The notes below the pieces were generated by a model. It was given only the letters and a program-made list of their open reading frames with translations, ran no database searches and was not told the origin of the DNA. Made by a program: the position numbers and the translations under genes. 21,433 bases of DNA from Chthoniobacteraceae bacterium (GTDB taxonomy: Bacteria > Verrucomicrobiota > Verrucomicrobiia > Chthoniobacterales > Chthoniobacteraceae), in NCBI GenBank assembly GCA_040081625.1, contig JBEBGD010000094.1, forward strand, positions 1-21,433, read 5' to 3'. Positions within the stretch are counted from its first letter, which is position 1. Each line of letters starts with the position of its first letter. Positions 1 through 8,523 of the stretch are shown here, in pieces.

Positions 1-3000
1 GTCGAGCGCGCCGGCGAGCGCGACGACGCTGCCGCCACCGGCAAGTGCGAGCTGGTCGTATTGCGTGCCGGCAGCGGGTCCGCTGATCTCGGCTTGCAGC
101 GTGCCGCCTGCGGCGAGCGTGTAATTTCCCGCGACGGACATGATGCCAGCCGAATTGCCCGGCGCGTGCGTGCCGCCAGTGACCGTGAGGCTGCCCGCGA
201 TGCTGCCGCTGCCTTTCAAGACGCCCGCGCTCACCGTGGTCGTGCCCGCATAGGTGTTCGCGCCGTTTAGCGTGAGCGTGCCGCTGCCGATCTTCGTGAG
301 CGTGAAGGCGCCGGCGACGGGCGCGTCGAACACGATGTCGCCGGTGCCGCCGATGCTCGTGTTCGCGCCCAGGATGACGGTTGAAAGATTTGCCGTCGCG
401 GTGGTGCCGCTGCCGGTATCGAACGAGACGGTCGGCGGACTCGTGTAGCCGCTGCCCGCGCTGGTCACGGTGATCGCGCTCACGACGAAGTTGGCCGCGT
501 TTCCGGTGCCGGTGGGATTGGTGCCTGCGGTGCTGACGGTCCCGGCGGAGAAGGCGATCGTCGGTGCAGTGGTGAAGCCGCTGCCGGGATTCGTGATCGT
601 GATGCCGCTGACCACGCCGCCGGTGAGCACGGCCGTGGCAGTCGCACCGGTGCCGCCGCCGCCGCTGATCGTGGCCGTGGGCGCCGCGGAATAGACCGTC
701 GTGCCGCCGTTGATCGTGAAACTCGCCGCGCTCACGCCGAGCGTGGCCGTGGCCGCGGCGCCCGAGCCCGAGCCGCTGATCGCGACCGCGGGCGCGGCGC
801 TGTGGACGCCGCCAGCCGTGGTGGAAATGGAAGACACGACCCCGTCCGCGATGCTGGCCGGCGTGGGGCTGTTATTGACCACTCCGCCCGCACCGCCGAC
901 GCCGGTGCCGCGGATCGTGAGCACTTCGTTGATCGCCTGCTGGCCGTTGAATTCGAGCGTCGCTCCGGAAGTGATGCTGGTGCCGCCAGTCGCGCTGCCG
1001 AAGGTCGAGCCGCCATTGCCGAGAGCCGTGCTGCTGCCGAGTCGCAGCGTGCCCGCGCTGATCGTCGTCGTGCCGGAATACGTATTCGCGCCCGCGAGCG
1101 TCCACGTGCCGGCGTCGTTCTTCGTCACACCGAGGACGCGGGACGCCACCGTTCCATCGCTCACATTGCCATTGATCGATCCGGTGCCAGCGCCCGCGAA
1201 GACGAGGTTCCGGCTGGTCGTATTGAGGGAGAAGCTGCCTTCGAAAACCAGGCTGCCCGCGGCGACCGTGAGGCGCGTATCGCCGCCTCCGCTGCTGATC
1301 GTCACGTTGCCGAGGATCGTGTTGCTGCCTGATTCGTTGATCACCGCGCCGTTGGGATTGCTGGTGACGAGAGTGAAGCTGGCGGGCAGCACGATGTCGC
1401 CCGCGCTTCCATCGAGCAGCAGCCGCGCGGTGGTGCTCTGCGTGGTGATGTTCTTCGTGCCGGCGCCGAGATTGTTCGCGGCCCGGATGCGAACCGAACC
1501 GGAGTTGATCGCGACGTTGCCCGTGAAGCTGTTCGCGCCGCTGAGCACAACGGTGTGCGCGCTGGACGGGTTGTTGATCGTGAGGCCGCCGGTGCCACTG
1601 ATGTTGTTCGGCACGAGCACCGTGCCGGTGCGGTCGATGCGCAGCGTCGCGTTGTTGATCACGTCGCCCGCGGGCAGCGAACCCGTCGCGTCGTCGTTGC
1701 CGATTTGCAGGATGCCCGCGTTGATCGTGGTGGTGCCGAGGTAGCTGTTCTCGCCGGTGAGGATCAGCTTGCTCGTCCCCGTCTTCGTCAGGCCGCCCGG
1801 ACCATCGATGATCCCGCTGAAGATGAAGGTCGCTGTGCCGTTGCCTTGGAAGGTGATGCCCGTTTCGAGGGTGATCGGCGCGCTCACGTCGTAGGTCAGC
1901 CCGGTGCCGTTGGTCGCGCTCAGATTCACCACGGGCGCGAGCACCGCTTCCTGCCGGAAGAGGACCGGGTTGCCGGTGATGGCGACCGTGCTCGTGCCGG
2001 TTGTCGGTCCGGTGCCGCCGAGCGTCAGGACGTTTAGCGCGTGACCGAGTGTCGTGTCATTGCTCGCGGTCACGGCACCGGCGGTGAATGTCTGGCCGGT
2101 GAAAAATTCGACCGTCGAGAAGCGGCTGCTCGGCGGCGGAGTGCCGCCGCTCCAGTTCGTGCCCGCGCTCCAGAGCAGGCTGCCGGCGGTGGTGGCATTC
2201 CACACCGAAGTGCTCGGCGGCGCGCCATCGACGAGCACGTTGAACGCGGTCGGCGCGGTCGCCGAACCATCGCTCGCGGTGAGCGTGACCATCGCGCTGC
2301 CCGAGGCGCCCGGCGTCGGAGTGAGCGTGACGGTGCGCTCGCCGCCGAGCTTCACCGTGCCGCCGAGGCGATCGAAGACGACCGTGTTTGCGGTGCCCGC
2401 GCTCTTGCTCGTCACCGCAAGGCCGTAGGTGTTCGGCGACGTCGTGAAGGTGACGGCCTGCGTCGTGCCGATCGGCTGCCACGCTCCCGCCACGCCGTTG
2501 TTGTCCGTCGCATGGTAGGCGTTGAAATTACTGCCCGTCCGCACAAGCCGCAGCCAGCACGGCGCGGCGACCCAGTTGACCGCGGCATTCACCGCCGCCG
2601 CCGCGCCATCGGTCGCGCGGTAGTGGAAGGCCACGCCATTTCCCGGCGTCACGAAGGCGAACGCATACGGCGCGGTGTCCGTGTCCGCCTGGCGCATCAT
2701 CACGCCGGCTTTCGCGTCCACGTTCGTGAAATCCATGCTTGCGACGCGGGCGATGATCTCGCCGTCGCCGCTGAGCGCCTGAGCCGTCCAGCGGCATTGA
2801 TCCGCCGTGCCGCCGATGTCCGTGCCCGCGCCCGCCATGAGAAAGGTGCCGTGATCCTGCGTGAGCGAGCCGGCGGTGGTCGGCGAGCCGATGTTCCCGC
2901 TGCTCCACGCGGCCGGTGCCGCGCTGACCGCGATGCCGCTGACCGGCAGCACCGAGGCGTTGGTCGTGGCTGGGCTGACGGTGAGATTGCGATCTTCCGC

Positions 3001-6000
3001 CTCCGCGTCGGCGACGACGAAAGGCAGCGGCGCACTCGCACCGCCGACGGGCATGATGACATCCGGGACGCTCGTGATCGACGGCGCTTGATTCGCACCG
3101 CTCACGGTGACCGACACCGTCCCGCTCGCCGTCAGCCCGTTGTAGTGGCGCGTGCCCATCTTCGCGAGGAACCACGTCTCGGTGCGGCTGTTCAGCCCGC
3201 TTTGCAGCAGCACGTCGTCGAGCGATCCATCGAACCACCGGTCGAGGCTCGCGGCGGTGCTGCCCGTGCCGCCGACGGAAAGACTCGCCGACTGGCTCAC
3301 GTCCATCGTCACCGACGCGACCGAGCCGGCGAGGAAGCCATCGACGTAAAGCGCCAGCGTGCCGAGATTCGTCGCCGTGCGGTCATAGGTCAGCGTGATG
3401 TGATGCCACTCACCGATCGGCACATTCGGGCCGACGATCTCTTTCTCCAATCCGGCGGCGCCGTATTTGCCGACCTTGAGCGCGTCGCTGTTGGCCGGGA
3501 AGTAGAGCTGCAGCTCCGCTTCCGTTCCGTTCCCATCGCCCGTGCCGAGGTGAAAAATGAAATCCTCGGACGTGCGGGTCGCGCGATTCACCCATGCGGA
3601 GAAGGACCAGTCGGAGTCGTTGTAATCCAGGTCGGTGGCGGCCAGCGTCCGGCGCAGCCTCGCGGCGCCGGTGCCCGCTTCGCTGAGCCCGAGGGACTGG
3701 GTGCCGTAGGGCGCGACGAGCGGCGGCACATCCGCGTTGTAGTTGTATTCGCCGCCCACGCCCGCGATCTCCAGCGTGCCGGTGCGGTTGAAGTTCGACA
3801 CATCGGTGCTCTTTGCGTCGGTCGCCACGTCCGGCGGCTCGAAATCGTAGAGCAGGAGCGTGCGCGGCCCGAGCGATTGATCGCGCACGACGAGCCGGAA
3901 CGACGCGGCGCCGTTGTAGCCCGGTGTCGGCGTGAAGCGCGCGGTGTAGCCGTCGGGCAGCACCGTCACCGTGCCGTCGCGCGCGCGCGAAACCTCATAC
4001 GCGATCTTGTCCGTCGGCGTCAGGTCGTCGGTCACGAAGGTGCGCAGATCGATGTCGATCGGCGTGTTCTCCGGCGTGGTCTTCGTGGAGAGCGCGAGCA
4101 CCGGCTTTGCATTGACCGTGACGGGCCACACGTAAGTGCCGGTCCCGCTTTCCGGATCCATCGCGGTGATGGTGATGTTCACCACGCCGCCCACGTTCGA
4201 TGGCGCCGTGACCGTCACCGTGCGGACCGTGGTGCCGACGGTGCCGAAGACGATGTTCGCGTCGGGGATGATCGCCTGGTTCGACGATGTGCCCGTCAGC
4301 GTGAGGCTGGTCACCGGCGTGTCCGCGTCGTTCACCGGCACGATCACCGCGCCGGTATTCGACCCAGCATCGACGAGTCCCGCCTTCATCGTGCCGAAAT
4401 ACGGCGAGCCCGGCGGCGCGGTGAAATTCATGTTCTGCTGGTTCGGCCCGACAGTCACCGGATTGGTGAACGAGCCCGGCTGAATCGTCAGCCCGGTCTT
4501 CGTCGCCGTCATCGTGTAGCTGCCGGCAGCGAGCCCGGTGATCGCGTAGTAGCCCTCGCTGTCCGTCGTGTCCGTCTGGGTGGCGCTGGCCTTCACGACC
4601 GCGCCGGAGACTGGCACGCCGAGCGTCGTCGCCACCGTGCCCTGGATGAAGAACGTGCTGCTCGTGCCGACCTGGACGAGCAACTGGCCGGTCGTCGTCT
4701 GCCCCTTCATGTCCGTCACGTAGCAGCGCACCGTCTTCGTCCCGCTGGTGCTCCAGCTTTTCGCGGCAGTGGTGCTGTTATTCGCGGTGAATGTCCCGTC
4801 GCCCCAATCCCAGTGATAGCCGAGCGTGTCGCCGTCCGGATCGCTCCCGGCCGCGGTGAAGGTCACGCTCGCGTTCACCGCCGGGTTCAGGTTCGACGCG
4901 TTCACCATCACCGACGGTTTCTGATTTCCCGTGAACGGGCCGCGGTTCACCGTCACGTCGATCCATGACGTGCCATCGACATCGGAGCCGCGCAGCACCG
5001 GCGTGATGTGGATGCCCGCCGCGGTGTCGGAAAAGGTGCGCCCGATGAGCACGGCGCTGTCGTCCTTGGTGCTCGTCGCCGGCGCGTTGTCGAGCAGCAG
5101 CGGCTTCATGTTGCTGATGCCCACGTCGCCCCAGTTGAGCACCACGCCGTCCTTCATCCACACGTTCGAGCCCGCGTAGGTCTGGCGATACTCGATCCAG
5201 TAGTCATTGCTCGTGCCGGTGCGATCCACGGCGATCGCCTTCTTGCTCGTCGCGGCGGTCTTGTCGAAGGCCCGGATGCGCGTCGTCGTCGTCCCGTCGG
5301 TGGTGATCTTCACCACGTCGGCGTCGGCGATCCAGTCGAGGTAGTTCTTCTGCCTTGCGCCGAAGTGGGCGTTCATCGAGCTGCTTGCGCCGCCCATCTG
5401 GTCGAACGGATTCCCGTATTCCACCGCCGCGCCGCTGCCGATGACCGTGCCATCGTCCGTGTCCCAAAAGCCCGAGTGGTTCAGGCCGAAATTGTGCCCG
5501 ACCTCGTGACTGCACACGCCGAGGTTCCACTGCGAATTAGCCAGCCACGCCCCGCGCGCGCCGACATACGCGACGCCGCCGAAGCTCACGTCCGGCTTGT
5601 CGCCCGTGACCACGACCTCGTGCGTGTAGTTCGTGTAATTGTAACCCGCCGCCGTCGCCGCCGTCCGCGCCGCCGCGAGCATGGTGCTGAAGCCGGTGTA
5701 GCTCGCGTGATTGTTCGGCAGGCGCAGCGTCGGCGTGAAATCCGAGCCCGCGCCGATCGCGGTCCACGTCATCTTGCCAAACGACATCTCCGTCCAGTGC
5801 GTGAGCATGTTGTTGATCAGCGTCGTCAGCGTCGCATCGCTGACCACCTGTCCGGGCGCGTCCGGGAAATCGACACGGATGATCAGCAGCTTCTTCGTTC
5901 CCTCGGTGGCGGCGCTCTGCGTGACCGCTCCGCCGCCGCCTCCGCCGCCGCTCCCTCCGAGCATCGCCTCATCGAGCGCAGCCGCGTAGAGCGACTCGAG

Positions 6001-6879
6001 CGCGTGCTGCGGGCCGCAGAAAAACGTGTGGCTGCTCCCATCCCAGTCCACCACCACCTCGTCGTTGGTGATGCTCGTGACGAGCCCGGAGGTCGGGCAC
6101 ACCGGCGTTCCCGCGCCCGCCGCGCGCCGGTCCGCGACTTCCACCGGCTCGAGCACGCGCCCCGGCAACTCCGTCAGCGCCAGCTTCCCGTCGAGCGCGA
6201 CGCCCTGCACCGCGACGCCCTCCCGCGTCGGCACGGTATCGCGCAGGCCAAACGTGAACGCCGCAAACTCCCGCCCGTCCGCCATCTTCACCGTGCGCTC
6301 GATCGGCCGCACCTTGAGCGATCTCCCCGGCGCGGGCACGGCGGCGACGACGAAGAGATCGCCGCGTCCGGACACCGATTGCTCCAACTGCGCGACGATC
6401 TCGGCGGGGAGTTGGCGCCGCACCGTTTCCGGCACCGCAAGCTCCAGCGCGCGACGCGGATTCTGATCGATCAAATCCGCCATCTGATTGCGCCGCTCTT
6501 CGACCAGCGCGAGCCCCTCGCCGATCAGCGCCGCCTTCTCCGCGTCCGTCCGCGCTTTGGCAAAACGCGTGGTCCAATCGCGGAACCCCGCAAACACCGT
6601 CTCCTGCATCGGCGTCTGCCAGCGAAGGTCCTGGCGCATCGGCAGCACCACATCCGTCGGCACCGGCTGCGCCCGTGGCGGCTCCACCTTCGCGGCGGCC
6701 ACCACCGGCTTCGACAAAGGCTGCACCGCAATCGGCGCAAGCTCCGGCACTGCGGCGACGGTCGGACGCGGCGCGGGCGGAAGCGCTCGCGGCGGCTGCC
6801 ACCAGACCAGCGCAGCCGCGGAACCGATCAGAATCGCCACGACCCAGCGCTGGAGATGAGAACGATTCAATGGAGGCAC
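1..6879 (-). CDS. Giant (>=2293 aa, C-terminus beyond window) surface/secreted multidomain protein: metzincin Zn-metallopeptidase (M11 gametolysin/M6-like) + PKD + carboxypeptidase-regulatory-like + Ig/cadherin-like + LamG + beta-sandwich + autotransporter-associated beta-strand repeats
   Basis: Manual translation of the minus frame shows no stop from GTG 6879 (alternative TTG 6870) to position 1. N-terminus MPPLNRSHLQRWVVAILIGSAAALVWWQPP is signal/anchor-like. Motifs: HEVGHNFGLNH (5476-5508), EYGNPFDQMG (5392-5421), DPDGDTLGYHWDWGDG (PKD), WHHITLTYD..LALYVDG..FDGSLDDV (LamG), LTKxGxGTLTLxGANTYxGTTTxxAG repeats. The frame stays open upstream, so the start was chosen from protein features. Confidence 0.93.
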   Translation of the reverse strand, partial: MPPLNRSHLQRWVVAILIGSAAALVWWQPPRALPPAPRPTVAAVPELAPIAVQPLSKPVVAAAKVEPPRAQPVPTDVVLPMRQDLRWQTPMQETVFAGFRDWTTRFAKARTDAEKAALIGEGLALVEERRNQMADLIDQNPRRALELAVPETVRRQLPAEIVAQLEQSVSGRGDLFVVAAVPAPGRSLKVRPIERTVKMADGREFAAFTFGLRDTVPTREGVAVQGVALDGKLALTELPGRVLEPVEVADRRAAGAGTPVCPTSGLVTSITNDEVVVDWDGSSHTFFCGPQHALESLYAAALDEAMLGGSGGGGGGGAVTQSAATEGTKKLLIIRVDFPDAPGQVVSDATLTTLINNMLTHWTEMSFGKMTWTAIGAGSDFTPTLRLPNNHASYTGFSTMLAAARTAATAAGYNYTNYTHEVVVTGDKPDVSFGGVAYVGARGAWLANSQWNLGVCSHEVGHNFGLNHSGFWDTDDGTVIGSGAAVEYGNPFDQMGGASSSMNAHFGARQKNYLDWIADADVVKITTDGTTTTRIRAFDKTAATSKKAIAVDRTGTSNDYWIEYRQTYAGSNVWMKDGVVLNWGDVGISNMKPLLLDNAPATSTKDDSAVLIGRTFSDTAAGIHITPVLRGSDVDGTSWIDVTVNRGPFTGNQKPSVMVNASNLNPAVNASVTFTAAGSDPDGDTLGYHWDWGDGTFTANNSTTAAKSWSTSGTKTVRCYVTDMKGQTTTGQLLVQVGTSSTFFIQGTVATTLGVPVSGAVVKASATQTDTTDSEGYYAITGLAAGSYTMTATKTGLTIQPGSFTNPVTVGPNQQNMNFTAPPGSPYFGTMKAGLVDAGSNTGAVIVPVNDADTPVTSLTLTGTSSNQAIIPDANIVFGTVGTTVRTVTVTAPSNVGGVVNITITAMDPESGTGTYVWPVTVNAKPVLALSTKTTPENTPIDIDLRTFVTDDLTPTDKIAYEVSRARDGTVTVLPDGYTARFTPTPGYNGAASFRLVVRDQSLGPRTLLLYDFEPPDVATDAKSTDVSNFNRTGTLEIAGVGGEYNYNADVPPLVAPYGTQSLGLSEAGTGAARLRRTLAATDLDYNDSDWSFSAWVNRATRTSEDFIFHLGTGDGNGTEAELQLYFPANSDALKVGKYGAAGLEKEIVGPNVPIGEWHHITLTYDRTATNLGTLALYVDGFLAGSVASVTMDVSQSASLSVGGTGSTAASLDRWFDGSLDDVLLQSGLNSRTETWFLAKMGTRHYNGLTASGTVSVTVSGANQAPSITSVPDVIMPVGGASAPLPFVVADAEAEDRNLTVSPATTNASVLPVSGIAVSAAPAAWSSGNIGSPTTAGSLTQDHGTFLMAGAGTDIGGTADQCRWTAQALSGDGEIIARVASMDFTNVDAKAGVMMRQADTDTAPYAFAFVTPGNGVAFHYRATDGAAAAVNAAVNWVAAPCWLRLVRTGSNFNAYHATDNNGVAGAWQPIGTTQAVTFTTSPNTYGLAVTSKSAGTANTVVFDRLGGTVKLGGERTVTLTPTPGASGSAMVTLTASDGSATAPTAFNVLVDGAPPSTSVWNATTAGSLLWSAGTNWSGGTPPPSSRFSTVEFFTGQTFTAGAVTASNDTTLGHALNVLTLGGTGPTTGTSTVAITGNPVLFRQEAVLAPVVNLSATNGTGLTYDVSAPITLETGITFQGNGTATFIFSGIIDGPGGLTKTGTSKLILTGENSYLGTTTINAGILQIGNDDATGSLPAGDVINNATLRIDRTGTVLVPNNISGTGGLTINNPSSAHTVVLSGANSFTGNVAINSGSVRIRAANNLGAGTKNITTQSTTARLLLDGSAGDIVLPASFTLVTSNPNGAVINESGSNTILGNVTISSGGGDTRLTVAAGSLVFEGSFSLNTTSRNLVFAGAGTGSINGNVSDGTVASRVLGVTKNDAGTWTLAGANTYSGTTTISAGTLRLGSSTALGNGGSTFGSATGGTSITSGATLEFNGQQAINEVLTIRGTGVGGAGGVVNNSPTPASIADGVVSSISTTAGGVHSAAPAVAISGSGSGAAATATLGVSAASFTINGGTTVYSAAPTATISGGGGTGATATAVLTGGVVSGITITNPGSGFTTAPTIAFSAGTVSTAGTNPTGTGNAANFVVSAITVTSAGSGYTSPPTVSFDTGSGTTATANLSTVILGANTSIGGTGDIVFDAPVAGAFTLTKIGSGTLTLNGANTYAGTTTVSAGVLKGSGSIAGSLTVTGGTHAPGNSAGIMSVAGNYTLAAGGTLQAEISGPAAGTQYDQLALAGGGSVVALAGALD
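211..1791 (-). repeat. Autotransporter-associated beta-strand (PATR) repeats, at least 4 copies
   Basis: LTKTGTSKLILTGENSYLGTTTINAGILQIG (1699-1791); VVLSGANSFTGNVAINSGSVRI (about 1489-1554); VTKNDAGTWTLAGANTYSGTTTISAGTLRLG (1036-1128); LTKIGSGTLTLNGANTYAGTTTVSAGVLKG (211-300). Confidence 0.9.
385..843 (-). repeat. Four degenerate ~35-44 aa repeats, consensus about GVVSxITITNxGSGYTxAPTVTISGGGGxGATATA
   Basis: GVVSSISTTAGGVHSAAPAVAISGSGSGAAATATL / GVSAASFTINGGTTVYSAAPTATISGGGGTGATATAVLT / GGVVSGITITNPGSGFTTAPTIAFSAG.. / FVVSAITVTSAGSGYTSPPTVSFDTGSGTTATANL. Confidence 0.8.
3142..3873 (-). other. LamG/concanavalin A-like domain
   Basis: LLLYDFE..DVSNFNRTGTL..WSFSAWVN..GEWHHITLTYD..LALYVDG..LSVGG..WFDGSLDDVLL. 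Confidence 0.85.
4420..4926 (-). other. PKD domain (about 4669-4926) followed by a carboxypeptidase-regulatory-like beta-sandwich (about 4420-4656)
   Basis: NQKPSV..VTFTAAGSDPDGDTLGYHWDWGDGT..KSWSTSGTKTVRCYVTD; IQGTVATTLGVPVSGAVV..TTDSEGYYAITGLAAGSYTMTATKTG. Confidence 0.8.
4940..5910 (-). other. Metzincin catalytic region (HExxHxxGxxH + Met-turn) of the giant protein
   Basis: KKLLIIRVDFPD...VCSHEVGHNFGLNHSG...EYGNPFDQMGG...QKNYLDWI...YWIEYRQ, a layout typical of M11/M6-type metzincins. Boundaries are approximate. Confidence 0.85.
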
Positions 6880-7020
6880 GAGGAAGGAAGGTTGGTTCGG
6901 CGGGGAGGAGGCGCGTGAGTTCTGAGCGGAGCGGCCCGAAACTTGGCGCCGATATATCTCATTGCAGGTCACTTGGAAAGCTGAACGCTTCCCGGACAGT
7001 ATCCCGTTAAACGCCATCGC
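6880..7020. promoter_or_regulatory. Divergent promoter region between the giant protease/adhesin gene and the enzyme cluster
   Basis: 141-bp non-coding, locally AT-richer gap between head-to-head genes. It contains the palindrome GATATATC (6951-6958) and a weak TTGGAA-N18-CAGTAT candidate (6973-7002, + strand). Individual elements are not reliable. Confidence 0.55.
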
Positions 7021-8484
7021 ATGATTACCAACGCCGAACACCTCTCCACCGTGGGCCGAGTGCTGCTCGACCGGCGGCGGTTTCTTTCCGGTGCCGCCAC
7101 AGCGCTCGGCTCGGTCGCACTGACGAACCTGCTCGGACGCGACGGCCTGCTCGCCGCGCCGATCATCGACTCCGCGCGACCGTATGCGCCGCGCGCGCCG
7201 CATTTCCCGGCGAAGGCGAAGAACGTGATCGTGATCTTCTGCGCAGGCGCGACGAGCCAGCTCGAGTCGTGGGACTACAAGCCGGAGCTGATCAAGTGGG
7301 ACGGCAAGCCGCTGCCGGGCGGACCGGCGGTGACGTTTCAAGGCCCGGCGGGAAATCTCGCGCGGCCGCAATACGAGTTCCGCCAGCGCGGGCAGACGGG
7401 GAAGTGGGTGAGCGACATGATCCCGCATCTCGCGGAGCTGACCGACGACATCGCGTTCGTCCACTCGCTCACGAGCAAGTCGAACACGCACGGTCCGGCG
7501 GAGAATTTCCTCTCGACCGGCTTTGTGCTCGACGGCTTCCCGAGCCTCGGCTCGTGGGTGACGTATGCGCTCGGCAGCGAAAGCCAGGATCTGCCCGCCT
7601 ACGTCGCGATCCCCGATCCGCGCGGCGTGCCGCAGAATGGCTCGAACAACTGGGGGCCCGGATTTCTGCCCGCGGCGTTTCAAGGCACGACGATGAGCTC
7701 GAAGGAACCCGTCAGCCATCTCGCCGCGCCCGGAGTCTCCGCGGAGGCCGACGCGGCGGCGCGCTCGCTCTTGCAGAAGATGAATGCGCGGCACCTCGAA
7801 CAGCATTCCGGCGATGGAAAACTCGCCGCGCGAATCGCGAGCTACGAACTCGCCGCGCGCATGCAACTCAGCGTGCCGGAGATCGCGGACCTCGGCACCG
7901 AGCCCGCGCACGTCCTGAAGATGTATGGCGCCGACGACACGCAGAACGGCGACAAGGCCGCGTTCGCGCGCAACTGCATCCTCGCGCGCCGGCTGATCGA
8001 GCGCGGCGTGCGTTTCGTGCAGCTCTTCAACGGCGCCTACGCGAGCGGCGGCAAGCTCAACTGGGACGGCCACAACGCGCTCAAGGAGCAATACGACATC
8101 CACGCGCCGATCCTCGATCAGCCCGCCGCCGCGCTCATCCGCGACCTCAAGCAGCGCGGGCTTCTTGCCGACACTCTGGTCGTGTGGTGCACCGAGTTCG
8201 GCCGCATGCCCTTCTTCCAAAAAGGCGCGCAGGGTCGCGACCACAATCCCGACGGCTTCACGTGCTGGATGACCGGTGCGGGTGTGAAGCCCGGCGTGAG
8301 CCACGGCGAGACCGACGACCTCGGCCAGCGCGCCGTGAAGGACATCCACCTGCTTCACGACTTCAACGCGACGATCCTCCACCTGCTCGGCCTCGATCAC
8401 GAGCGGCTCACCTTTGAGCACAACGGAATCCAGCGCCGGCTCACCGACGTGCATGGGCACGTGATCCACGAACTGCTCACCTAG
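7021..8484 (+). CDS. DUF1501 family protein (sulfatase-like fold, PVC-expanded), twin-arginine-type leader
   Basis: 487 aa. DRRRFL leader; [109 protein letters not shown]. Confidence 0.93.
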   Translation: MITNAEHLSTVGRVLLDRRRFLSGAATALGSVALTNLLGRDGLLAAPIIDSARPYAPRAPHFPAKAKNVIVIFCAGATSQLESWDYKPELIKWDGKPLPGGPAVTFQGPAGNLARPQYEFRQRGQTGKWVSDMIPHLAELTDDIAFVHSLTSKSNTHGPAENFLSTGFVLDGFPSLGSWVTYALGSESQDLPAYVAIPDPRGVPQNGSNNWGPGFLPAAFQGTTMSSKEPVSHLAAPGVSAEADAAARSLLQKMNARHLEQHSGDGKLAARIASYELAARMQLSVPEIADLGTEPAHVLKMYGADDTQNGDKAAFARNCILARRLIERGVRFVQLFNGAYASGGKLNWDGHNALKEQYDIHAPILDQPAAALIRDLKQRGLLADTLVVWCTEFGRMPFFQKGAQGRDHNPDGFTCWMTGAGVKPGVSHGETDDLGQRAVKDIHLLHDFNATILHLLGLDHERLTFEHNGIQRRLTDVHGHVIHELLT

Positions 8485-8514
8485 GCGGTTCGCCGGATCG
8501 GGCTGAGCGCCTAG
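8481..8514. other. Imperfect stem-loop spanning the DUF1501 stop codon
   Basis: CTAGGCG (8481-8487) pairs perfectly with CGCCTAG (8508-8514), with further imperfect inner pairing. There is no U-tract, so it is not a clear intrinsic terminator. Confidence 0.45.
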
Positions 8515-8523
8515 CTTCGCGGT

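Noticed and set aside
211..1791. Repeats as CRISPR array, tandem DNA repeat or mobile element
   Set aside because: Similarity is at protein level only, with degenerate codons inside a coding frame. There is no repeat-spacer structure, transposase or terminal inverted repeats.
61..6918. Long plus-strand ORFs (701-1744, 2041-4968, 5008-6918 and others)
   Set aside because: Antisense shadows of the giant minus-strand gene in high-GC DNA. They are Arg-rich or Val/Pro-rich with no recognisable motifs.
6943..6966. Possible sigma-54 promoter TTGGCGC...TTGCA
   Set aside because: The spacing between the GG and GC elements is 7 nt longer than the strict -24/-12 spacing.
6880..7017. Upstream in-frame starts for the giant gene (GTG 6972, ATG 7017)
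   Set aside because: They would remove the divergent promoter space and bury the hydrophobic N-terminal segment. 6879 or 6870 fits better.
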